From a virus (Duplodnaviria > Caudoviricetes), in IMG/VR virus record IMGVR_UViG_3300042396_000043, positions 1-37,162 of that record: 37,162 nucleotides of DNA; one strand, given 5' to 3'. A program made the translations under genes and the position numbers. Under the pieces are notes generated by a model. That model did not search any database and was not told the origin of the DNA. It saw only the letters and a list, made by a program, of their open reading frames with translations. Below are positions 18,526 to 26,854 of this stretch, piece by piece; position 1 is the stretch's first letter; each line of letters begins with the position of its first letter.

Positions 18526-20527
18526 AGTTTGCTCCCGCTTTAATTTGTGCTATTGCTAAATCTGTTTCTGCTTTAAGTTGAGCCTTGAATCGTTCTAACT
18601 CTGCTTGCGATGCGATGCGTTCACGTTCAATGGTCACATCATTCTGACTACGTACTTGTTCTTGTTGTAATTGCGCTTGGGCTTTTTGTTGCGCTAGTTG
18701 TTGTTCATTCTGCGCCTTCATTTGCTCAATCTGCATTTGACCTTCTATCAATGTTTGATTTGGGTCTTTTTGTTGTTCTTGTTGATTTTCACTAGGATTA
18801 GTCCAGAACTCTTCAGGATTTTTAAAGCCAGCGTTCTGTGTGAGTTTAGCCAATGCGTTATATATCTTCTCTGGTGAGGTGATACCAACAGACAATGCCT
18901 CTTTCTGCATTTGTAAGATAGTGGTTAGGTGCATTAGTTGTTGGTCTTTATTGCCAGCGCCTAAGCCTACAGAGATAGTTAAGTCATTACGGTTCTTCCA
19001 CTCACGAGGGTCAACCTCTACCCATTTGTTACGCAAGCGCATAATGTCAGGTTTAGTGTAAGAAGTTCTAACCAAGCGATGCACAAGTTTGAATAAGTCT
19101 TTAACACCTGTTTCAGCAAATGTCCTAGCAACCAACTCAATACGTTGCTGTGATGCAGACATAATCTGTGCAATACCACTAGCAGTTTTGTTTAAGCTAT
19201 TAGCATCCAAGCCTTGATTGTAGGCAGTAACACCGGTACGGTTCTCTTTCATGCTGTCCATGTACTCAACCAAAGCAAAGCTAGATGGTGGTAATGGTGG
19301 ATGACTTAAAGGCATGATGGCTGACATTGGCTCACCTTCAACACGAACAATACCGCCTGGTCGTGATGTAAGCATATCGTCTAGGTTTACTCGGTCAGAG
19401 ATGGCATAGCGACCATTGTTAGCTAGGTACATATTATCAAGCTGACCACGCAATAACGTAGACTTGATTAGCTGAATGTCCATCGTTAAGTCTGAATAAC
19501 TGCGACCAATGTGACGATGTGGCATAAGCATTGGAGTGATACAGGCAAACGGCACTACGTCTGTCTTCTCTTTAAAGACTATCTCATTACCAATCACAAC
19601 ACAGCGAGTGAGTTCGTTATCAAGGCGTATGTAAGTATCACGCACTAATATCATGCCCATGTCTGCTACTCGGTCATATTCTTCATTGTATATGTCACGT
19701 GCATTAGACTCTTGTTCGTACTCATCAGATACTTCAGCGTAGATAGTGTCTATCTTATCCTTGCTAATACCAAATGCTTCAGCAGCTTCACTACGACTCA
19801 TTACTTCACGATGCTGTACGAAACGTGCGTTTTGTAGCGATGGGCTTGATGTGTCTACTGAAATCATCATGTTTTCAGGTGCTACGTTCTTAATGACAAT
19901 CTTTCCCTTAGTTTCTGTAACCTTAATCTTAACATCGTGTAACTGTGGTGCTACCATGCCGTATGGGTCTTGACCATTCATTACAGCTTGCTGCATCATG
20001 GCTTCTAGATTAAATGATGGGTCAGGATAGGCTGTGTGGTTCAACACTTCAATGTTAGAGTCTTGCACTAGCATTTGTAGCTGTGCGTCAGTCAATCCTT
20101 CGTAGTCTTCTTCCTCTACCTCTGACTCTTCCTCGTAGTAAGCCTTAACGTAACCATTCTTAGACAGTAGTGCATCTTTGAACCATACGTAGAATACGGT
20201 AAAGCCTTCGTTCTTCTCCATGACTACGTGATTGATGTAATCTGTTTCTTGTTCGGCAGCAGCTTCGTCTTCTGCGTTCTTAGGGTCAAAGCTAACAACC
20301 GTGTCACCAGATACAAAGACCTTTAGTAACTGTGGCAAAGCAGACTCAATCGTGTCCTGTACGTCTGAACTTACGACCTGTGAACGACCTTCTACTTCGT
20401 TACCAAACATCTCACCTAGGTAGTAATTAATAGCAACAGCCCTATCGTTAGATAAGGCAGCATCGTTAATACCGTAAGCAATCTGTTCTTCTTGGTCTAT
20501 CAGGTAAAGTATTTCGCTGTCATTCAT
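18512..20527 (-). CDS. Portal protein (P22-like)
   Basis: YYLG..GNEVEGRSQVV, KDALLSKNG, TGV...QG..TASG, C-terminal Q-rich barrel helix. Confidence 0.92.
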   Translation of the reverse strand: MNDSEILYLIDQEEQIAYGINDAALSNDRAVAINYYLGEMFGNEVEGRSQVVSSDVQDTIESALPQLLKVFVSGDTVVSFDPKNAEDEAAAEQETDYINHVVMEKNEGFTVFYVWFKDALLSKNGYVKAYYEEESEVEEEDYEGLTDAQLQMLVQDSNIEVLNHTAYPDPSFNLEAMMQQAVMNGQDPYGMVAPQLHDVKIKVTETKGKIVIKNVAPENMMISVDTSSPSLQNARFVQHREVMSRSEAAEAFGISKDKIDTIYAEVSDEYEQESNARDIYNEEYDRVADMGMILVRDTYIRLDNELTRCVVIGNEIVFKEKTDVVPFACITPMLMPHRHIGRSYSDLTMDIQLIKSTLLRGQLDNMYLANNGRYAISDRVNLDDMLTSRPGGIVRVEGEPMSAIMPLSHPPLPPSSFALVEYMDSMKENRTGVTAYNQGLDANSLNKTASGIAQIMSASQQRIELVARTFAETGVKDLFKLVHRLVRTSYTKPDIMRLRNKWVEVDPREWKNRNDLTISVGLGAGNKDQQLMHLTTILQMQKEALSVGITSPEKIYNALAKLTQNAGFKNPEEFWTNPSENQQEQQKDPNQTLIEGQMQIEQMKAQNEQQLAQQKAQAQLQQEQVRSQNDVTIERERIASQAELERFKAQLKAETDLAIAQIKAGANYVNY

Positions 20528-21789
20528 TAGACTATTCCTTGACTATTGTATTGAATCTTCCCACCGCCCCATGACTCGTTCTTCATTTGGTCAATGGAAG
20601 TTGACATATATCTGAAAGCATCTGCACCATGAGAGTATTCATCGTGTAATGGTGCGCCAGGTTCTTGTGTGTTTCCGTTAATGCTGCGTCTGTAGTGCTT
20701 CAAACAATCCACTAACCTAATCGCTGCTTTATCAAAATAGACACGGTGGAAGTTCATCCTTGCCGTTCTAATGCCAGACTCTATGTCAGCAATAGGAACT
20801 ATACGTACATCCCATCCTTGCTTGCGCATTATCTCTTCTGCGCTAGTGCCATACTTAAAGTCTTTAGTCCTGCCATCATGTGGTAAGAACATTTGACCCC
20901 AGTTGTAGTTAAACGCTTTAAGTTCAGCAGAGTAACTGTCCAAAGTCCTATGGTCATCCTCAATGTAGCCTATAACACGTATGTCTGATACACCACGCTG
21001 GCATAAGATAACTGACATACTATCATTCCAACCTAAGTCCATTACAACATGAACCTTCAACATCGGGTCATACGGTACGGTTGTTATTCTATTGCCTTCT
21101 TGCGCCTCTCTAATCTCATTAGAATAGATAGCACCATCAACAGCAGCCTTACAATCGCCTTCCCATATATTAGCATAGTCAGGGTTGTGTTCTTGGCTAT
21201 GTAATCGTTCAATCTCTAGTACGCTAGGAAACCAAGCATTGTCGCTGTAGTTTACCTTAACAACATGGGCAGTTTCAGGTGGATTAACAACAAACCTTTG
21301 GTATGTGTCATCAGTATCAACGTCTGGGTTAAAGCTAATCCATATCTCTGAGTTTTCAGAACGTATCGTAGGTATCAATATATCCCATGACCGCTTAGAT
21401 ACTGTTTGCGCCTCTTCTACCCAAACTATGTTACAACCTTCAAACGACTTGATAGACTCTACCGTATTACTAGCCAAACCAGCAAAGGTAAACGAACTAC
21501 CATTCCTGCCTCTAATCTCTGACTCTAGCACCTCGTAGAATGCACCTAATCCTAAAGCCTGTATCTGGTCATTAAGTAGCGTATGTACTGACTGCTTAAT
21601 AGACTTCTGTATCTCACGAGTACAAAGTATGCGTAAAGGTTTGTTAGCAGCCTGTATCAACAATGCCCTAGCAAAGCCCCATGACTTCCCACTACCACGC
21701 CCACCATAAGCAACCTTGTATCTATGTGGCTCAAATAGGAACTTTAGCTTTTCAGGGAACTCAGCTAATTTCTCACTCGGTTGTGACAA
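20527..21789 (-). CDS. terL: Terminase large subunit (PBSX/Terminase_3-type)
   Basis: Walker A GGRGSGKS, Walker B VWVEEA, nuclease DLG...HDG...HGADAFRY. Confidence 0.95.
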   Translation of the reverse strand: MSQPSEKLAEFPEKLKFLFEPHRYKVAYGGRGSGKSWGFARALLIQAANKPLRILCTREIQKSIKQSVHTLLNDQIQALGLGAFYEVLESEIRGRNGSSFTFAGLASNTVESIKSFEGCNIVWVEEAQTVSKRSWDILIPTIRSENSEIWISFNPDVDTDDTYQRFVVNPPETAHVVKVNYSDNAWFPSVLEIERLHSQEHNPDYANIWEGDCKAAVDGAIYSNEIREAQEGNRITTVPYDPMLKVHVVMDLGWNDSMSVILCQRGVSDIRVIGYIEDDHRTLDSYSAELKAFNYNWGQMFLPHDGRTKDFKYGTSAEEIMRKQGWDVRIVPIADIESGIRTARMNFHRVYFDKAAIRLVDCLKHYRRSINGNTQEPGAPLHDEYSHGADAFRYMSTSIDQMKNESWGGGKIQYNSQGIV

Positions 21790-22075
21790 ACTTAATTCCT
21801 ATGCTTAATGGAATGTCTGCACCATCTACACCGCTTATCTCTGTTGTTGCTACTGACTTGCCATCAAGTCTATCGCCTAATTCTCTTATAGCAGCTATGT
21901 CACCCTCTTGTGCCTTTAGTATCAAAGCCTCTGCTACTCTGCGTAATGTTTCACCATCGCCTTGTACTACAACTCGCTTAATTGTTTCAGCCCATAAACG
22001 ATTGTTCTTACTTGAGTTTTGGTTGCCTAATGGCGCACCTGCACCCCTTGGGTTTGTTTCTGTTATTTCTGCCAT
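21773..22075 (-). CDS. terS: Terminase small subunit
   Basis: GAPLGNQN, KAQEGDIAAIRELGDRLDGK; directly upstream of terL. Confidence 0.8.
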   Translation of the reverse strand: MAEITETNPRGAGAPLGNQNSSKNNRLWAETIKRVVVQGDGETLRRVAEALILKAQEGDIAAIRELGDRLDGKSVATTEISGVDGADIPLSIGIKFVTTE

Positions 22076-22081
22076 TTTGTT

Positions 22082-22104
22082 GTGACTCCTTATAGGTTGG
22101 TCAC
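22082..22104 (-). promoter_or_regulatory. Hairpin occluding the terS ribosome-binding site
   Basis: GTGAC-caa-CCT-ata-AGG-a-GTCAC includes AAGGAG. Confidence 0.45.
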
Positions 22105-22117
22105 CCTGTTGTTAATG

Positions 22118-22528
22118 TTATTTGCTACTTAAAAACCTACCAGCACCATAACTAGGTGTTGCTGTTTGTGCTGTCTGTGTTTGTGCTGGTGCTAGATACT
22201 GACTTTGTGTAAGTTGTGGAAACAGTTGTTCAATGCTTGGTGTGCTAGTTTGAGTAGCTGCTTGTTGCGCCCTAGCAATCATATCATTCATTGGTGTTGT
22301 TCTACCTGCACCATTTACAAAGATTTTTTGAGGTGTTGCCTTTTGACCAGTTTTAAGCATCTGACCTAATAGCTTTAACCCATTTGTAGGGTCATTAGGA
22401 TTCATGCCTTCATAGCCCATGTAATACTGTTGACCAGTATCATAGTCGTAGTAAAGTTGACCAGGCTGATTACCGCTTGGTCTTGGATTTAATCCACCGT
22501 TATCATAATCAAAAGTTTGTGCGCCCAT
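22118..22528 (-). CDS. Hypothetical Gln/Thr-rich protein
   Basis: ORF track; GAGGT RBS. Confidence 0.7.
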   Translation of the reverse strand: MGAQTFDYDNGGLNPRPSGNQPGQLYYDYDTGQQYYMGYEGMNPNDPTNGLKLLGQMLKTGQKATPQKIFVNGAGRTTPMNDMIARAQQAATQTSTPSIEQLFPQLTQSQYLAPAQTQTAQTATPSYGAGRFLSSK

Positions 22529-22532
22529 ATTA

Positions 22533-23267
22533 TTACCTCAGTATTTTTCTGACTAAATCTAAATCTGCTTGTGTATCTACACCTATGCTTGCTACCTTAT
22601 CTGAAACAAACACGCTAATCTTGTGTCCATTCCATAATGTTCTTAACTGTTCTAGTGATTCTATACCTTCAATCTTAGAATGTTCTAGCAAGTGATAATC
22701 TTTTAGGAACTTAACTCTGTAAGCATAAATTCCTACATGACTATAACCTGTTACCTCTTCCGTAATAGCACCTCGTGGATAAGGTATAGCAGCACGACTA
22801 AAATATAAAGCATAACCGTTCTTATCCATTACAACTTTAACGTGATTCGGACTGTGTAATGTTATGTTGTTTAAAATTGGGTGACACGCAGTAGCAATAG
22901 AAGCTAATGGGTACTCTGCCAAATTTAAAGCTGTTTCGTTAATAATCTGTGGGTCAATTAAAGGTTCATCACCTTGTACGTTTACGACAATCTCGTTGTC
23001 ATCCCACTCTAATGTCTTAACTACTTCTGCAATTCTGTCTGTGCCAGTTTGATGTTGGTCACTTGTCATTACAGCCCTAAATCCATGCTGTATGGCTGCA
23101 TCAAATATATCTGTATGGTCTGTTGCTATGATAACTTCACTAGCATCACTCTTTGCTGCTTGTTGTGCAACTCGTATGACCATTGGCTTGCCGTTTATAA
23201 GTGCTAATGGCTTTGCCGGTAACCTTGTACTTCCATAACGAGCCGGTATTACTACTTTAAATGTCAT
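22533..23267 (-). CDS. kdsB: CMP-Kdo synthetase (3-deoxy-manno-octulosonate cytidylyltransferase)
   Basis: IPARYGSTRLPAKPL, HQTGTDR, VNVQGDEP, ALYFSR, HVGIYAY, ESLEQLR, VDT. Confidence 0.95.
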   Translation of the reverse strand: MTFKVVIPARYGSTRLPAKPLALINGKPMVIRVAQQAAKSDASEVIIATDHTDIFDAAIQHGFRAVMTSDQHQTGTDRIAEVVKTLEWDDNEIVVNVQGDEPLIDPQIINETALNLAEYPLASIATACHPILNNITLHSPNHVKVVMDKNGYALYFSRAAIPYPRGAITEEVTGYSHVGIYAYRVKFLKDYHLLEHSKIEGIESLEQLRTLWNGHKISVFVSDKVASIGVDTQADLDLVRKILR

Positions 23268-23605
23268 TTGACGTAACCAACCGTATCTCGTTCAATATCA
23301 TCGTGATTAAATTCTGTCCAGTATATTTCAAAAGCGATTGTAGGTTCTAGTGCCTCAAACTGATGAAACTCACCTGGTGCAACTTTAGTGTATTGACCTG
23401 CTGTTAATATCGTTACATCAACCAAGTCGTAACTCTTCCATACGCTAATCTTTAATTTGCCTGACTCTACAAAAAACCCATTCCACTTATGCTTATGAAT
23501 GTGTTTGCTGCAAGTACCACCTTTAACAATATCAATGCGATGAAACTCTAAACTTGCATTGGCTTCTATGTTTTGGGTACTTCCCCATATTTTGCCGGCA
23601 ATCAT
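23264..23605 (-). CDS. Cupin-fold protein (sugar isomerase-like)
   Basis: KIWG, CSKHxHxxK...F.VESG, PGEFHQF. Confidence 0.8.
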   Translation of the reverse strand: MIAGKIWGSTQNIEANASLEFHRIDIVKGGTCSKHIHKHKWNGFFVESGKLKISVWKSYDLVDVTILTAGQYTKVAPGEFHQFEALEPTIAFEIYWTEFNHDDIERDTVGYVK

Positions 23606-24372
23606 TTTGTATAATTATATTTTACAATTTGTTCAACTACAGACTCAAAGTCTTCTAGCTTCAACATATTAAGCCCATCACTAGGCGCATTGTCTGGGTC
23701 AGGGTGAACCTCAATAAAGAAGTTTTGTACGCCTAATGCACTAGCTGCTCTTGCTAATGACGGTACATACTCTCTATTGCCACCACTACTTGTTCCTAGA
23801 CCACCAGGCTTTTGTACTGAATGTGTAACGTCAAACACTACATTATCGTAATTGTTCAACATATAATCCATGCCAGTATAATCAACCACCAAGGTATTAT
23901 AGCCAAAACTCGTGCCACGTTCAGTAATCCAAACTTCTTTGGCATTATCAGTCTTTGATAATATACCTGCAACATCCCAAGGTGCTAAGAACTGACCTTT
24001 CTTGACGTTCACAATCTTATCGGTTAAACACGCTGCTTGTATTAAGTCTGTCTGACGGCATAAGAAGGCAGGTATCTGTAATACATCAACAGCATCACCA
24101 AACTCTTCTATAAACTCTACGTCATTAACACTATGTACGTCAGTTAGTATCTTTAATTCAGGTATCTCACGCTTCATGTCAGCAAAGTCATATAGCGTAT
24201 ATACAAGACCAATGCCTCGTTTACCTTCAATACTACTTCTGTTAGCCTTATCGTAGCTGGCTTTAAAGTAATACTCTATGCCATGCTTTGCACAAATATC
24301 TGCACAATGCTTTGCAATATGAAGACTAAGTTCTAATGTTTCGTGCTGACAGCACCCTGCAATAATTTTCAT
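23602..24372 (-). CDS. kdsA: Kdo-8-phosphate synthase, metal-dependent type
   Basis: KASYDKANRSS, LQIPAFLCRQTDL, KKGQF, ERGTSFGY, DVTHSVQ; Cys/His/Glu/Asp ligand positions present. Confidence 0.96.
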   Translation of the reverse strand: MKIIAGCCQHETLELSLHIAKHCADICAKHGIEYYFKASYDKANRSSIEGKRGIGLVYTLYDFADMKREIPELKILTDVHSVNDVEFIEEFGDAVDVLQIPAFLCRQTDLIQAACLTDKIVNVKKGQFLAPWDVAGILSKTDNAKEVWITERGTSFGYNTLVVDYTGMDYMLNNYDNVVFDVTHSVQKPGGLGTSSGGNREYVPSLARAASALGVQNFFIEVHPDPDNAPSDGLNMLKLEDFESVVEQIVKYNYTK

Positions 24373-24382
24373 TAATTAGCAA

Positions 24383-25078
24383 TCAAAGTTTACTGGTCTT
24401 ATTGTTGCCTGTTAATGGATGTATCATGTTATGGTAAGTCTGCCACCAGTCATCGCTGTAGTCTGTGGCTTGGTAATCAGTAAAGCATGGTGTACCTAAT
24501 GTAGTATGAACCAGTTTTGCTTTGCTGTTGTAATTATATTCTGTGGCTAACCAGTTCCACTCTATTGGCAATGAACCTATATCTTTATCATCTAACCAAC
24601 TAAAGCGATGCAAATAACTGCCTGTTGATGCCATTACCAATTCTGGTGTTAGGGCTTTGTTTTTTTCGCAGTTAAACAGTATGACGCTTGACCAGTTCTT
24701 GCGTGGATAACTTTCATTCTTTGCGCCCAAGTATTTAACTGGGTGCTGGGTAATGTAATTATGCTTAACGACTTGAACGGCTTTGCTGTCATCATATAGT
24801 GCGAGTAACTCCGCTATGTCTGCCTTAACAATCATGTCACCATCAGCAAATATAGCCATACCTTCGTAAGCACACATTGCAGGGACTAAAAAGCGAGAGT
24901 AGATGAAAGCATTACTTCCATCGGTGTGCGTTTCCTTATAGCCTTGCAACGTGTTCAATGCTAACGGTACAAATGATACCGGTATGCTGCTGTGTTCTAT
25001 TACTGATTGACAAAATGCGTGATACGCAACAGGTTCAGCACTATTGTCAAATCCTACAAATATACGTAAAGGTTTCAT
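24383..25078 (-). CDS. GT-A (GT8-like) glycosyltransferase
   Basis: IFVGFD, FxYSRF, FADGDM (DxD), YPRKNWSS, LPIEWNWL, HxTLGTP. Confidence 0.85.
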   Translation of the reverse strand: MKPLRIFVGFDNSAEPVAYHAFCQSVIEHSSIPVSFVPLALNTLQGYKETHTDGSNAFIYSRFLVPAMCAYEGMAIFADGDMIVKADIAELLALYDDSKAVQVVKHNYITQHPVKYLGAKNESYPRKNWSSVILFNCEKNKALTPELVMASTGSYLHRFSWLDDKDIGSLPIEWNWLATEYNYNSKAKLVHTTLGTPCFTDYQATDYSDDWWQTYHNMIHPLTGNNKTSKL

Positions 25079-25158
25079 TACCAATGGTGAATAGCGTTAA
25101 TTACCAATGTAATGTTAGCAATTACAGCCAACAGGATAATAAACCAATGGTCGTTCAT
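25078..25158 (-). CDS. 26-aa hydrophobic micro-protein
   Basis: MNDHWFIILLAVIANITLVINAIHHW; abuts the upstream stop, and its TAA overlaps the ATG of the glycosyltransferase. Confidence 0.55.
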   Translation of the reverse strand: MNDHWFIILLAVIANITLVINAIHHW

Positions 25159-25182
25159 TTACCATTTGACCTTGTTAGCCAT
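25159..25182 (-). pseudogene. 7-codon mini-ORF MANKVKW, probable deletion remnant
   Basis: TAATG coupling to the upstream gene; stop abuts the next ATG. Confidence 0.45.
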
Positions 25183-25319
25183 TACTTTTTACTCTTTTTA
25201 GATTTACCAGCTTGAGATAGTGCGATTGCAATACTTTGCTTTTGTGACTTACCAGCATTCATCTCTGTTTTGATGTTTTTGCTGATAGTCTTTTGACTTG
25301 AACCTTTTTTTAACGGCAT
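25182..25319 (-). CDS. Small basic phage protein (45 aa)
   Basis: [45 protein letters not shown]. Confidence 0.8.
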   Translation of the reverse strand: MPLKKGSSQKTISKNIKTEMNAGKSQKQSIAIALSQAGKSKKSKK

Positions 25320-25320
25320 A

Positions 25321-25695
25321 TCACATATCCTCGTTTTCAAAATCTTTACGTTCCCATGCTTGGCAAACTCTAGGGTTATGGCATGAAAAATCTAATTTAT
25401 GACAATAACCACGTTGCGTGAATGAGTCATATATATCGTATTCGTTTAATGGATATTTGGCTGTCATAGCCTCTAACATCTCTGGAGTATTCTCATAATA
25501 CTCACAGTTACCACAGATTCTTGTACGGGCTGTCTTTTCGTCTACTAACCATATCTTAGCCATTTTGCGCCAAAACTCGTTGTTAGGAGCATCAACATCT
25601 AATGCACCAAGATTCCAGTTGTTAATAGCGTTCTTAGTATTAGCTATATTTTCTTTAGCAGAAACAATAACTGGAGCAGCTTCTAATATACCCAT
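25321..25695 (-). CDS. Cys-rich hypothetical protein, first gene of the late operon
   Basis: CGNCEYY...GYC...C...CQAW; AAGGA RBS. Confidence 0.75.
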   Translation of the reverse strand: MGILEAAPVIVSAKENIANTKNAINNWNLGALDVDAPNNEFWRKMAKIWLVDEKTARTRICGNCEYYENTPEMLEAMTAKYPLNEYDIYDSFTQRGYCHKLDFSCHNPRVCQAWERKDFENEDM

Positions 25696-25700
25696 ACAAT

Positions 25701-25800
25701 TCCTTAAATTTAGGAGCCTCTCGCAACTAGACTGACTCGGAGTCTACCCTACCACGTCTGGGGGGCTATGGTTACTTTCTAGCGATGTACTGTCGCTGGA
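25701..25800. ncRNA. Candidate structured RNA in the late-operon leader
   Basis: GC-rich island with stems AGCCTCTC/GGGGGGCT, TAGACT/AGTCTA, CTAGCGAT/GTCGCTGG. Confidence 0.4.
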
Positions 25801-25982
25801 ATAAAAAAGTAAAATAACTATGCAATTACTTTACTATAAACCTTTACGTGACTTTAACATATTAATCAATCGTGGTCAATATATCACTTTTAATGGTTTT
25901 AACTATGGTAACGTGTCTAAAAAAGAGCAGAATGTAAACACGTACACGCTAATGTGTACACTTAATCAACAGGAGATTCATC

Positions 25983-26054
25983 ATGTGGACAACACCAGCA
26001 GCTACTGAAATGCGTTTTGGCTTTGAAGTTACTATGTATATTTGCAACCGTTAG
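25983..26054 (+). CDS. pqqA: Pyrroloquinoline quinone precursor peptide PqqA (23 aa)
   Basis: [23 protein letters not shown] with the E-x3-Y core; AGGAG RBS 7 nt upstream. Confidence 0.95.
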   Translation: MWTTPAATEMRFGFEVTMYICNR

Positions 26055-26069
26055 TAATTATGTTATAGT
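26042..26069 (+). promoter_or_regulatory. Putative sigma70 promoter for the endonuclease gene
   Basis: TTGCAA-16nt-TATAGT with extended TG; the -35 lies in the pqqA 3' end. Confidence 0.5.
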
Positions 26070-26076
26070 AGCAAAT

Positions 26077-26160
26077 CTACCAGAGTGACTTAGCGGTCAC
26101 GTTCGGCTTCAGTAACCGACTGGTAGTTACAAACTTTCTTACTGACCTTAACTGAAAGGT
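26077..26160 (+). ncRNA. Three-way-junction RNA with potential pseudoknot in the endonuclease 5' leader
   Basis: CTACCAG/CTGGTAG, GTGAC/GTCAC, TCGG/CCGA stems; loop TCAGTAA complementary to TTACTGA at 26139..26145. Confidence 0.55.
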
Positions 26161-26166
26161 ATCACA

Positions 26167-26583
26167 ATGCCACATAAAGACCCTGCTGCACAAAAAGCCT
26201 ATTTAAAATCTTATCATGCTAAATGGTATCAAGCTAATAAAGAAAAAAGATTAGCACAAATAGAGTTATATCAAACAACAAAATCTGATGACTGGAGAAA
26301 ACTAATTGGTCAAAAGCATCATTTAAAAACTAGATATAATTTAACTCCAGAACAATACAATGAAATGGCAAAACAACAAGATTACAAATGTGCTATATGT
26401 AATATTGATGTAACTGATAATATCAGAGCAAATAAACAAATAGCATTAAGCGTTGACCATAATCACACAACAGGAACTATAAGAGAATTGCTGTGCATGA
26501 AATGTAATTATGGTTTAGGTTATTTTAGAGATGATTTTTCAATATTACAAAAAGCATCAAATTATTTAAAAAAACACAAATAG
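26167..26583 (+). CDS. Endonuclease VII-family HNH endonuclease
   Basis: QQDYKCAIC...LSVDHNHTTGTIRELLCMKCNYGLG. Confidence 0.92.
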   Translation: MPHKDPAAQKAYLKSYHAKWYQANKEKRLAQIELYQTTKSDDWRKLIGQKHHLKTRYNLTPEQYNEMAKQQDYKCAICNIDVTDNIRANKQIALSVDHNHTTGTIRELLCMKCNYGLGYFRDDFSILQKASNYLKKHK

Positions 26584-26605
26584 TATATACATTGTATATA
26601 CCCAG

Positions 26606-26854
26606 TTATGGAGTTACATTTTTCATAATGTCTTCATGGCTGGGTTCTTTAGAGTACTCAAACTCTATCAGCATCTCAATAAAGTGTATCGCCTTTTTTA
26701 AATCCTCAAGACCGTTTTTATTCCTATGCCTACAAAGGTACTTGATTGCAGTAGCCTCTAGGTACGGAATGTTATTGTAATAGCAAAACTCTGCCGGCTG
26801 TATTGCAAAGCCCTTGTAGTGATTGCCACCGTGTTGGATGTCTAATACACTCAT
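26606..26854 (-). CDS. DUF3310 (T7 gp1.7/SaV-like) protein
   Basis: GGNHYK..IQP...IKYLCR..KNGLEDLKKA. Confidence 0.85.
   Translation of the reverse strand: MSVLDIQHGGNHYKGFAIQPAEFCYYNNIPYLEATAIKYLCRHRNKNGLEDLKKAIHFIEMLIEFEYSKEPSHEDIMKNVTP

Noticed and set aside
2134-22085. Many plus-strand ORFs (e.g. 7429..7845, 13395..13748, 14122..14526, 17896..18393)
   Set aside because: Antisense shadows of well-supported minus-strand structural genes.
25820-26008. 62-aa plus-strand ORF in the ORF track
   Set aside because: No RBS or recognisable motif; it overlaps pqqA in another frame.
25701-26160. tRNA or known self-cleaving ribozyme
   Set aside because: No T-loop/CCA cloverleaf and no hammerhead, pistol or HDV core recognised by eye; needs an Infernal scan.
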